From: Bacteroidales bacterium
Lineage (GTDB): Bacteria > Bacteroidota > Bacteroidia > Bacteroidales > UBA7960
Direction: 5' to 3'
DNA: 53,655 nt
Assembly (NCBI GenBank): GCA_007130125.1
Contig: SLSZ01000033.1
Span: 1-53,655 of the forward strand
The stretch's first letter is position 1. Every line of letters starts with the position of its first letter. The translations under genes and the position numbers were made by a program. Below are positions 1 to 8,390 of this stretch, piece by piece. The notes below the pieces were generated by a model. That model did no database searches. It was given only the letters and a program-made list of their open reading frames with translations, and was not told the origin of the DNA.

Positions 1-78
1 CATTATTGTTTCCCGAACTTGATGAATAATTTATCCCTACTTAATTATTAAAAATCTCAGGGTCTGAATTTTTCCCAT

Positions 79-86
79 TATCTTTG
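79..86 (+). promoter_or_regulatory. Candidate Bacteroidota -7 promoter box (TAnnTTTG) upstream of tgt
   Basis: TATCTTTG read at 79-86, about 20 nt upstream of the ATG at 107. It matches the TAnnTTTG consensus of Bacteroidota sigma-A promoters. No clear -33 TTTG was seen. Confidence 0.4.
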
Positions 87-106
87 CAAAATTTAATGAG
101 GATTTG

Positions 107-1237
107 ATGAAATTTGATTTACTATCCACAGATGATAAGACAAGAGCCCGTGCGGGTAGAATAACAACTGCACATGGCCAGATCGAAACACCGGTATTTA
201 TGCCTGTTGGCACAGCAGGAAGTGTAAAAGCAATAAATCAGCAAGACTTGTTAGAAAAGGTGAAAGCCCATATCATATTGGGCAACACCTATCATTTGTA
301 TTTGCGCCCCGGGCTTGAAGTTATAAAAAAGGCGGGAGGTTTACACAAATTTATAGGATGGGACCTGCCAATACTTACCGATAGTGGTGGTTACCAGGTG
401 TATTCACTAGCTCAAAGACGGAAACTAACACAAGATGGGGTATGGTTTCAATCGCATATTGACGGATCGCGTCACTTTTTTTCTCCGGAAAATGTTATTG
501 ATACGCAAAGAGTCATCGGAGCTGATATCGTTATGGCTTTTGATGAATGCACTCCATATCCTTGCGATTATGATTATGCCAAAAAATCAATGGAGTTGAC
601 ACATGCATGGTTGAAAAGATGTTGCAGCCACTTTGATAAGAGCAATAATAATTATGGATATACACAAGCGCTCTTTCCAATTGTTCAAGGGAGTGTCTAT
701 AAAGATCTGAGGAAGATATCAGCAGATATTGCTGCAGAAACAAACCGTGAAGGTATTGCTATTGGAGGCTTGTCTGTTGGAGAACCCCATGATATTATGT
801 ATGAAATGACCGATTTGGTTTGTAATATTTTGCCGCAGAATAAACCCCGCTACCTGATGGGTGTCGGAACTCCCGAAAACATGCTGGAATGCATATCATT
901 GGGTGTGGATATGTTTGATTGTGTAATGCCTACCCGAAATGCCAGGAACGGTATGTTCTTCACCTATGATGGAGTTATCAATATTTTAAACGAAAAATGG
1001 AAATTTGATTATTCTGCAATTGACCCAAATGGCGAATCATATGTTGATAATTATTATAGTAAGGCTTACTTGCGCCATCTTTTTGTGTCAAAAGAAATTC
1101 TTGGCCCTATGATAGCCACAGCTCACAATCTAACATTTTATATTTCGTTAATAAATCAAGCAAGAAAACAAATTTTAAAAGGTAATTTTGAAAGATGGAA
1201 AGCCGGTATAATTTCAAAACTTACTAATCGGTTATAA
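107..1237 (+). CDS. tgt: tRNA-guanine transglycosylase (queuine tRNA-ribosyltransferase)
   Basis: The ORF track gives 104..1237 (TTG at 104, ATG at 107). Family-typical stretches are RAGRITTAHGQIETPVFMPVGTAGSVKA, LTDSGGYQV and DCVMPTRNARNG. Length about 376 aa. Confidence 0.95.
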   Translation: MKFDLLSTDDKTRARAGRITTAHGQIETPVFMPVGTAGSVKAINQQDLLEKVKAHIILGNTYHLYLRPGLEVIKKAGGLHKFIGWDLPILTDSGGYQVYSLAQRRKLTQDGVWFQSHIDGSRHFFSPENVIDTQRVIGADIVMAFDECTPYPCDYDYAKKSMELTHAWLKRCCSHFDKSNNNYGYTQALFPIVQGSVYKDLRKISADIAAETNREGIAIGGLSVGEPHDIMYEMTDLVCNILPQNKPRYLMGVGTPENMLECISLGVDMFDCVMPTRNARNGMFFTYDGVINILNEKWKFDYSAIDPNGESYVDNYYSKAYLRHLFVSKEILGPMIATAHNLTFYISLINQARKQILKGNFERWKAGIISKLTNRL

Positions 1238-1305
1238 ATAATTTTTTTGAAGGCATGTTTTTTGCTATGTTATCAACTGTCAAATAAGGATATAATATAC
1301 AATTA

Positions 1306-2391
1306 ATGAATAAAGTCAAACAATTAGATTTATATATTATACGTAAGTTCCTGGGAACTTTTTTCTTTGCAATTACTCTGATTATACTTATAGTAATTGT
1401 TTTTGACTTGTCGGAAAAAATTGATGATTTTATTGAAAACCAGGCGCCTCTGGGTGAAATACTTTTTGTTTACTATATTAATTTCATACCTTATTTCATA
1501 AACCTGTTCAGTCCTTTATTTACTTTTATTGCAGTGATATTTTTCACATCTCGGTTGGCATTTAATACAGAAATTATTGCGATGTTAAGTGCCGGAATAA
1601 GTTTCAAACGAATTCTTGTTCCCTATATTATATCAGCAATATTTTTGGCAATGCTTTCTATTTACCTCTCCAATGTTTTAATCCCTGGTGCAAATGAAAA
1701 GCGCCTTGATTTTGAAAACACATATGTAAGAAGTCCGTCACGTTTTCGCGAACGTAATATCCATATGCAAGTTCAGCCCGGAGTGTTTATTTTTATGGAA
1801 TCATACAATGAAAGGGCTAATACCGGTCAGCGTTTTACGCTGGAGAAAATCGAGCAAGGCGAGCTAAAGTATAAATTATCCGCCGGTAGTGTAATTTGGG
1901 ATACTATTAATGAGCATTGGCGAATTCGGAATTACTACATACGCAAGATTGATGGAATTAATGAAGAGCTCTCGTTTGGCCGTACAAAAGATACGGTGTT
2001 GAATTTTACCCCCGATAATTTCATGCAAAGCTTGCGTGAAATTGAAACACTTAATTTCAGAGAGTTGCAAGAACAAATTGAAATGGAAAGGCTTAAAGGC
2101 TCGGAACATATAAATTTTTATCTTGTTGAGAAACACCAAAGAATAGCATTTCCCTTTGCAACACTAGTATTAACTTTAATAGGTGTGGCAATGTCAGCCA
2201 AAAAAGTAAGAGGCGGAATAGGTTTGCATCTCGGTGCAGGAATTTCTTTGAGTTTTGCATTTATTCTGTTTATGCAGGTTTCCACTACTTTTGCTACCAA
2301 TGGCAACCTTTCTCCGGCAATAGCAGCATGGATACCAAATATTATTTTCGGTATTCTTGGAGTATACCTGCTTAAAAAAGCACCAAAATAG
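1306..2391 (+). CDS. LptF/LptG family permease (YjgP/YjgQ)
   Basis: 361 aa. The N-terminus LDLYIIRKFLGTFFF is typical of the family. Three N-terminal TM helices, a periplasmic domain and C-terminal TM helices. Adjacency to tgt is common in Bacteroidota. Confidence 0.8.
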   Translation: MNKVKQLDLYIIRKFLGTFFFAITLIILIVIVFDLSEKIDDFIENQAPLGEILFVYYINFIPYFINLFSPLFTFIAVIFFTSRLAFNTEIIAMLSAGISFKRILVPYIISAIFLAMLSIYLSNVLIPGANEKRLDFENTYVRSPSRFRERNIHMQVQPGVFIFMESYNERANTGQRFTLEKIEQGELKYKLSAGSVIWDTINEHWRIRNYYIRKIDGINEELSFGRTKDTVLNFTPDNFMQSLREIETLNFRELQEQIEMERLKGSEHINFYLVEKHQRIAFPFATLVLTLIGVAMSAKKVRGGIGLHLGAGISLSFAFILFMQVSTTFATNGNLSPAIAAWIPNIIFGILGVYLLKKAPK

Positions 2392-2414
2392 CCAAATCGG
2401 CTTTGTTAATAATA

Positions 2415-2445
2415 AAAAAGCAATGATTTCTCATTGCTTTTTTAT
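2415..2445. terminator. Bidirectional intrinsic terminator between convergent genes
   Basis: Perfect hairpin aaaaagcaatga / tttc / tcattgcttttt with A/T runs on both sides, so a T-tract follows the stem on either strand. It lies between the LptF/G stop (2391) and the stop of the minus-strand small ORF (2473). Confidence 0.7.
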
Positions 2446-2472
2446 TAAAAATTCAATAAAATTTTAAAAGCG

Positions 2473-2697
2473 TTATTGTTTATTTTTTTCTTTTTTAGAA
2501 AACAAAACCCCTGCTATTAAATAGCCTATTAAGCCACCCCATAGTGCGCTTAAATAGGGGTTTGATGTAATTGCACATCCATTATCGGTACATCCAACCT
2601 CCAAATAGTAAACATACCCGGCTAAAATGCCCGCAACCGAAAATATTGTTATAACTATTAAATATTGCTTATTGCTTAAAGCCAGATATTTTTTCAT
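2473..2697 (-). CDS. Small two-TM membrane protein with GCxxxGC motif (DUF6132-like)
   Basis: 74 aa with two hydrophobic helices flanking GCTDNGCAITSNPY. It sits last in a co-directional run with two thioredoxin genes. The family assignment is from memory of similar small proteins and is unverified. Confidence 0.5.
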   Translation of the reverse strand: MKKYLALSNKQYLIVITIFSVAGILAGYVYYLEVGCTDNGCAITSNPYLSALWGGLIGYLIAGVLFSKKEKNKQ

Positions 2698-2774
2698 GCT
2701 TTATAAATTTATAGATTGCTGAGTTTTGATTGCCATCAACTTTTGTAAAGTTGTACATCAAAACTTGTTTATGA

Positions 2775-3131
2775 CTATTTTTTCACGTTTAGAACGTCTT
2801 CTATAGCCTTTTCAAGAGTTTGCTTTGGTATTGCTCCTTTTGCCATTTGAGGCTGACCTTCTTTAGGCACGAATAAAATAGATGGTATGCTTTGAATCCC
2901 AAATGCAGAGGCAAGCTCTTGTTCCTTTTCAGTGTCTATCTTGTATATATCAACCTTGCCGTCGTATTCTTTTGACAACTCTTCTAAAACAGGAGCGACT
3001 ACCTTACAAGGGCCGCACCAGTCAGCATAGAAATCAATAATACAAGGCTTGTCGCCTTTGAAACTCCACTCTTTATTTGTTTCAAAATCAAATACCTTTT
3101 CCTTAAATTTTTCTTTTGTTAAATTCTCCAT
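2775..3131 (-). CDS. Thioredoxin
   Basis: 118 aa with the WCGPC active site (DFYADWCGPCK) and the cis-Pro region SIPSILF. Confidence 0.9.
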   Translation of the reverse strand: MENLTKEKFKEKVFDFETNKEWSFKGDKPCIIDFYADWCGPCKVVAPVLEELSKEYDGKVDIYKIDTEKEQELASAFGIQSIPSILFVPKEGQPQMAKGAIPKQTLEKAIEDVLNVKK

Positions 3132-3143
3132 AACTAAATTTTA

Positions 3144-3605
3144 TTATAAATGTTTATAAATTATTGTTTTTAATTCTTCTTTTTGCTGAACACCAACCAT
3201 GAATTCAACCGGTTCGCCGTCTCTAAACAGAATTAAAGTCGGAATATTGCGAACGTTATAATTGGCAGCCAACTCACCGTGGTTATCAACATCAACTTTA
3301 GCAATTAATGCATTTTTACCAATCTCTTTAGCCAAATCTTCCAAAATTGGATTTTGTATTCTGCACGGAGGACACCATTCAGCCCAAAAATCAACCAAAA
3401 CGACTCCTTCTGAAATTATATTTTCAAAATTGTGACTGCCTGCATCTATTATTGAAAAATAATCTTGAGAGTCAGTTGTTTCAATTTTTGATGGATCCGA
3501 CAAATTGTTAACATCGTCAGAGGGTTTATTGTTTAATGTGATAAAAACAATTATGCCCAAAAAGAGGATAATTAACCCGGGTAATATTTTTTTAAAAAGC
3601 TTCAT
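3144..3605 (-). CDS. Membrane-anchored or exported thioredoxin-family protein
   Basis: 153 aa. N-terminal hydrophobic anchor (LPGLIILFLGIIVFITL), then a thioredoxin fold with a WCPPC active site and NIPTLILF. Confidence 0.85.
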   Translation of the reverse strand: MKLFKKILPGLIILFLGIIVFITLNNKPSDDVNNLSDPSKIETTDSQDYFSIIDAGSHNFENIISEGVVLVDFWAEWCPPCRIQNPILEDLAKEIGKNALIAKVDVDNHGELAANYNVRNIPTLILFRDGEPVEFMVGVQQKEELKTIIYKHL

Positions 3606-3909
3606 ATGAGTTTGTGTTTAGTATGATTCTTTAAAAATTGTTATTTATTTTATTCGTAGTTTATAAATATACAATCAGGTTAATCTGGATTATTAATTAT
3701 AAAAAACCCTTTTGTTCAGTTAACAATAAGGTAACAATGAATTAATAATTTTGTTTAATCACAATTGTTAAAATAGCAAACACATAACTATGTAAATAAG
3801 TGCATACTACGGAAGCGACAGTGTTAATATGTCATAATTAACTGAAATACAGAAGGTTTTATGATTAAATAACAGATAAACAGTAAAATCTCTTCAAACA
3901 AAACTTTGG

Positions 3910-4896
3910 TTATTCTATACCGGCAAAATGTTTCATGAACTGCACCCTGTGATATGCAGCTGGATTTATTGATTTTTTGTAACTCATTTTTCCTCTGAAA
4001 TCCTCTATTTTCGAATAATTATTTTGTTCCATCCAGTTTTCAAGGCCTGTTACAATTTTTTCAATTTCGTTGAAGCCGTTTTTATAAAGTGTTGAACACA
4101 CTTGTCCGGCTTTTGCGCCAGCTAGAAGCTGTTTTATTAAACCGGTTGAATCATGGATGCCGGTTGAAGCACATAAGTCACATTGTATGCGATCCGCCAA
4201 AATAGCAATCCAGCGAAGCGAATGGGTTATTTCTTCAGGTGTACTGTAAATATTACTGGGCTTTAATTTTAAAGTGTTAATGTCAATATCAGGATTAAAG
4301 AACCTGTTAAAACAAACAATACCATTAATGCCTGTCCATGAAAGCTTTTTAAAAAACTCTCCGAGCCCTGAAAAATGATGTGAGAGTTTTACAGATATTG
4401 GAATATTGATCTTTGCTTTTACTGCTTCAATAATGTCAAAATATATTTTCTCAATATTTTTTCCTTCAGCATCTATATCGGATGGCAATATGAATATATT
4501 TAACTCCAAAGCATCAGCCCCTGCTTCTTGGATATCGGAGGCAAAAGAAGTCCATTCAGTAGCTGACATACAATTAACACTCGCTATAATAGGAATGGAA
4601 GTGTTATTTTTTGCTTCCTGAATAAGATTGGTATATTCATTAAGCGTATGTGTGCGGGCATAGTTTTTTATATAATCCTCGGCTTCGGTATAAGATTTTT
4701 GAGCATCCTCAAAGGAAAATACTTTTCTTATTTCAAAACGTATTTGCTCCTCAAAAAGCGATTTTAGCACAACTGCACCTGCACCGTTTTGCTCAATTTC
4801 ACGTATATTGGATAAAGAGTTTGTCAAACCTGAGCTTCCTACAATTAACGGGTTGCGGAGGTTTAACCCCATATAGTTAGTAGATAAATCTGCCAT
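3910..4896 (-). CDS. Dihydroorotate dehydrogenase-like TIM-barrel flavoprotein (non-canonical paralog)
   Basis: 328 aa. Class-1 DHOD-like N-terminus (GLNLRNPLIVGSSG) and C-terminal FMN-phosphate region (ASTGIHDSTGLIKQLLAGAKAGQVCSTLYKNG). The position of the catalytic loop reads ELNIFILPSD rather than ELN-x-SCPN. Confidence 0.75.
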   Translation of the reverse strand: MADLSTNYMGLNLRNPLIVGSSGLTNSLSNIREIEQNGAGAVVLKSLFEEQIRFEIRKVFSFEDAQKSYTEAEDYIKNYARTHTLNEYTNLIQEAKNNTSIPIIASVNCMSATEWTSFASDIQEAGADALELNIFILPSDIDAEGKNIEKIYFDIIEAVKAKINIPISVKLSHHFSGLGEFFKKLSWTGINGIVCFNRFFNPDIDINTLKLKPSNIYSTPEEITHSLRWIAILADRIQCDLCASTGIHDSTGLIKQLLAGAKAGQVCSTLYKNGFNEIEKIVTGLENWMEQNNYSKIEDFRGKMSYKKSINPAAYHRVQFMKHFAGIE

Positions 4897-4988
4897 TTTA
4901 TAAAATATTTTGTGTTTATAAGATAATTTTCAAGCAACAAAAATAAATATACATTTTAAATTACCTATAATATTTGCTTAAAATCTTT

Positions 4989-5144
4989 AGTGAGTTATTG
5001 AAAAGAATCATAAAGTGCTTACAACCTTCAACAATATAAAATCAATCTTTAATATTACCTGTTATAAGTGAGTTATTGAAAAGAATCATAAAGTGCTTAC
5101 AACCTTCAACAATATAAAATCAATCTTTAATATTACCTGTTATA
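4989..5144. repeat. Perfect 78-bp tandem direct duplication (2.0 copies)
   Basis: Read base by base: 4989-5066 is identical to 5067-5144 (agtgagttattgaaaagaatcataaagtgcttacaaccttcaacaatataaaatcaatctttaatattacctgttata). It lies in the 360-bp divergent intergenic region. Confidence 0.95.
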
Positions 5145-5189
5145 ATTAAGTATAATTACTATAACACTTATTACTATAAAGCTTAATTT

Positions 5190-5197
5190 TATTTTTG
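5190..5197 (+). promoter_or_regulatory. Candidate -7 box (TAnnTTTG) upstream of the kinase-like gene
   Basis: TATTTTTG at 5190-5197, about 60 nt upstream of the ATG at 5257 and just downstream of the tandem duplication. Confidence 0.35.
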
Positions 5198-5256
5198 TAT
5201 TTGTATACAATCGTGTTAATTTTATAATACTTTAAAGAAAAAACATTTAAAAGACA

Positions 5257-6774
5257 ATGAATATATCTTCTGCCGGAAATACAGACGGCAATATTTCGAT
5301 CGAATCGTTCAGAAGCTTAATGGAGCCACTCATCGTTCTATTTAATAAAGCAGCATCTCAGATTATGCCCGACAATGAATATGTTATGAAATATAGCGTT
5401 CCGGGAGGCATTTACGGATACTTTATAAATTATACTCCTAATGTTAAGCAAATTTCTGCATTAAAACAAAAGATTAAATATCTTATAAAAAACCGTGCGC
5501 CAATTAGTCATGAATTATTCGATTTTGATAAGTTGATATCTTATTTTGGAAAGTACAAGCGAAATGATATAATAGAACTCGTCAGATCTAAAGGTGGATG
5601 CGAAAAAACCGAAGGCTTGCGGGTTTTGCATATGAATGGTAACGGTGAGCTTTTTCTCAATGATGTGAAAGAGAATTATGATAAGCTGAGTAATTTTAAA
5701 TTGGTAAGGTATGGGAAGGGCTTTTTTTTAATCGCAGACCCGGATTTTTTTAATCGTGTGATGCCTGAAAGGTTGGAAACCAGCAAATATCTCAAACGAT
5801 TTGAAGAAACGCAAAACACGATGCAGCATTTTGGGATATCTTCGGTTACTAAGCTTAATAATATAATCAGAAAAGGTGAATTGCCTGAATTGATAAAAAT
5901 TTCAGAGGCTTTACAATCAAAAAGAATATCGCGTATTGCAGATAATATTGTTAGCCATGCTTTGAAACCCAGGGTTATATTTCTGGCCGGACCAACATCT
6001 TCAGGAAAAACCACATCAGCTAACAGGCTGGCTATAGAATTGAAAGTATTAAAAAAGAAAGTAATTATTCTGTCTTTGGATAATTTCTACTTGCCGCATT
6101 CTGAGATTCCTGCGGATCCTGATACAGGGCTTCAAAATTTCGAATTGATCTCGGCCCTTGATCTTAAACTATTGAAAGAAACAATTAATTCACTATTAAG
6201 CAATAAACCTGTTTATTTACCCAAGTATCATTTTGATGGAAAAGGGGCGAAGCCTGATAAAAAACCGACAATAATAGATGATGAAACTTATATAATACTT
6301 GAAGGGATACATGGCTTAAACCCACAATTATGGCACGACTTTATGGATGTTGAATCATACAGGCTATATGTCAGTGCTTTAAGCACATTAAACATTCATG
6401 ATCATTTTCCGGTTTCAACTTCAGATCACAGGCTCATAAGAAGGCTGGTACGTGATTATTTATTCAGGGGCTATCCTATTGATGAAACAATTATGAGGTG
6501 GCCGGACGTAATTCAAAATGAATATAAGTCAATATTTCCGTTCCAGGAAAGTGCTCATGACATATTTAATTCAGCACTTATTTACGAAATCGCTGTTTTT
6601 GCGCATTATGCTCCTGCAATTTTAAAACCAGAGAATACTTCTTCACAGTTTATAGCAGAACAAATTGAAAAATTAAACAGGCTTCTATCTTTATTCATTC
6701 CGATCGATCCAAAAGGCATCCCATTTACATCAATTTTAAGAGAATTTATTGGTGGCAGTAGTTTTGATTATTAG
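5257..6774 (+). CDS. Uridine kinase / phosphoribulokinase-family nucleoside kinase with a long N-terminal extension
   Basis: 505 aa. P-loop GPTSSGKTT at about residue 235, followed by a PRK/Udk-like core (LSLDNFY, ILEGIHGLNP, RRLVRDYLFRG). The first ~225 residues are not kinase-like. Confidence 0.7.
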   Translation: MNISSAGNTDGNISIESFRSLMEPLIVLFNKAASQIMPDNEYVMKYSVPGGIYGYFINYTPNVKQISALKQKIKYLIKNRAPISHELFDFDKLISYFGKYKRNDIIELVRSKGGCEKTEGLRVLHMNGNGELFLNDVKENYDKLSNFKLVRYGKGFFLIADPDFFNRVMPERLETSKYLKRFEETQNTMQHFGISSVTKLNNIIRKGELPELIKISEALQSKRISRIADNIVSHALKPRVIFLAGPTSSGKTTSANRLAIELKVLKKKVIILSLDNFYLPHSEIPADPDTGLQNFELISALDLKLLKETINSLLSNKPVYLPKYHFDGKGAKPDKKPTIIDDETYIILEGIHGLNPQLWHDFMDVESYRLYVSALSTLNIHDHFPVSTSDHRLIRRLVRDYLFRGYPIDETIMRWPDVIQNEYKSIFPFQESAHDIFNSALIYEIAVFAHYAPAILKPENTSSQFIAEQIEKLNRLLSLFIPIDPKGIPFTSILREFIGGSSFDY

Positions 6775-6975
6775 TTTAAACAAAACATTTTACATATAAA
6801 ACAAATGTTTTAAATGGTTTTTTTATTATATTGCGCTGGTTTTCAAATTCTTTTTATTATCAATAAACCGCTGGATACTATAATATTGACCATACTATAA
6901 TTTTACGGGTAAGGAAAATTATATAACATTATTAATTGTATAGGCCATATTACTTTAATAACAAAACTAAAATCT

Positions 6976-8199
6976 ATGAGAAAAATTTTTACAATTTTAT
7001 TGTTTATACCATTTGCATGCCAGCTTTATGCAGGAGGTTATCAGGTAAGCCTGCATGGTCATAAACAAATAGGAATGGGGCTGATTGGTACTTCGCTTAC
7101 TATGGATGCAAGCAGTAGTTATTATAACCCCGGAGGGTTAGCTATGATACCGGGTAAATACTCATTCCTGACAGGTATGAGTACGATCCACAGTCATAAT
7201 GTATTTCAAATGCAGGGATCTTTGTACGAAGCCAAGACAGAAAACCCTATCGGAACACCTTTTTATTTTTATGGTGCCGGCAGGATTTCTGACAATCTTG
7301 TCGCAGGTATTGCCATTAATACTCCATACGGTAATAATCTGTCATGGGAGGATGGCTGGGCAGGCAGGTATCTGATTGAAGATATTGCTTTGCAAGCTAT
7401 TACAGTTCAACCAACATTATCATATATGATCAATGATATGATAAGTGTGGGTGCAGGTGTGGTCTTTGCAATGGGAAATGTTGACCTTACAAGAGCCCTT
7501 CCCGTTGAAGACGAGGATGGAGAAGGCAGTGTAAACATCTCTGGCTCCACAACAAATTGGGGCTATAATGCAGGTCTAATGTTTAAACCACTGCCCGAAT
7601 TAAATATCGGTATTAGCTACCGTTCGAAAATTGAAATGGAACTTGAAAATGCTGATGCCACTTTTGATGTGCCAAACTCACTTCAATCATACTTTCCTCC
7701 GGACAATACGGTTGCTGTTTCTTTACCTTTACCGGCAAATCTTGATTTTGGCCTCTCTTATGATATTAGCGATGATCTGATGATTGGATTAGCACTAAAT
7801 TATGTTTTTTGGGAAGCTTATGATACACTTGCTTTTAATTTTGAAACAAATACTGAAACGCTTGAGGATAGTGAAAACCCCAGGGAGTATAGCAATAAGC
7901 TTATTGTAAGATTAGGAGGCCAATACAAGGCATCTGAGAATCTTTATTTAAGGCTTGGAGGGTATTATGACCCCTCTCCTGCAAATCCCGAGTATTTTAC
8001 TCCTGAAACACCAAGCGTGGATAACCTGGGGATCACTGCCGGCTTGTCTTATTTGTTTATGCCAGGGCTTAGTGTTGATCTTAGTTTCCTTTTCATCCAT
8101 GGAATAGAGAAGGAAGCTGAATATTCGCCGGATAATTTTGCTGGCAAGTACAAATCAAGAGCATTTATACCGGGACTTGGAATAAGTTATAATTTATAA
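6976..8199 (+). CDS. Outer-membrane transport protein, FadL/TodX (OMPP1) family
   Basis: 407 aa. Signal peptide, then the family-typical GGYQVSLHGHKQIGMG. Alternating beta-strand pattern and a C-terminal aromatic-rich strand. Confidence 0.8.
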   Translation: MRKIFTILLFIPFACQLYAGGYQVSLHGHKQIGMGLIGTSLTMDASSSYYNPGGLAMIPGKYSFLTGMSTIHSHNVFQMQGSLYEAKTENPIGTPFYFYGAGRISDNLVAGIAINTPYGNNLSWEDGWAGRYLIEDIALQAITVQPTLSYMINDMISVGAGVVFAMGNVDLTRALPVEDEDGEGSVNISGSTTNWGYNAGLMFKPLPELNIGISYRSKIEMELENADATFDVPNSLQSYFPPDNTVAVSLPLPANLDFGLSYDISDDLMIGLALNYVFWEAYDTLAFNFETNTETLEDSENPREYSNKLIVRLGGQYKASENLYLRLGGYYDPSPANPEYFTPETPSVDNLGITAGLSYLFMPGLSVDLSFLFIHGIEKEAEYSPDNFAGKYKSRAFIPGLGISYNL

Positions 8200-8390
8200 C
8201 TGAAAAATCATTTAGTTATGAAACCCTCATTTACCAAAGTCTACAAAAGTGAATGAACTTAGCGTAAGCGATCTAACGACCGCAGGGAGTAATAAAGCAT
8301 GAGGGTTCCATAGGGATATGATTAATAAGCGTAGCGAACTAAGAAAATTTAAATTATTGTAAAACAGTTTTTTAACTAAACTATATAAAG

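Noticed and set aside
4989-5144. The 78-bp repeat pair as a minimal CRISPR array
   Set aside because: The copies abut directly with no spacer. The unit is far longer than CRISPR repeats, and no cas genes are present.
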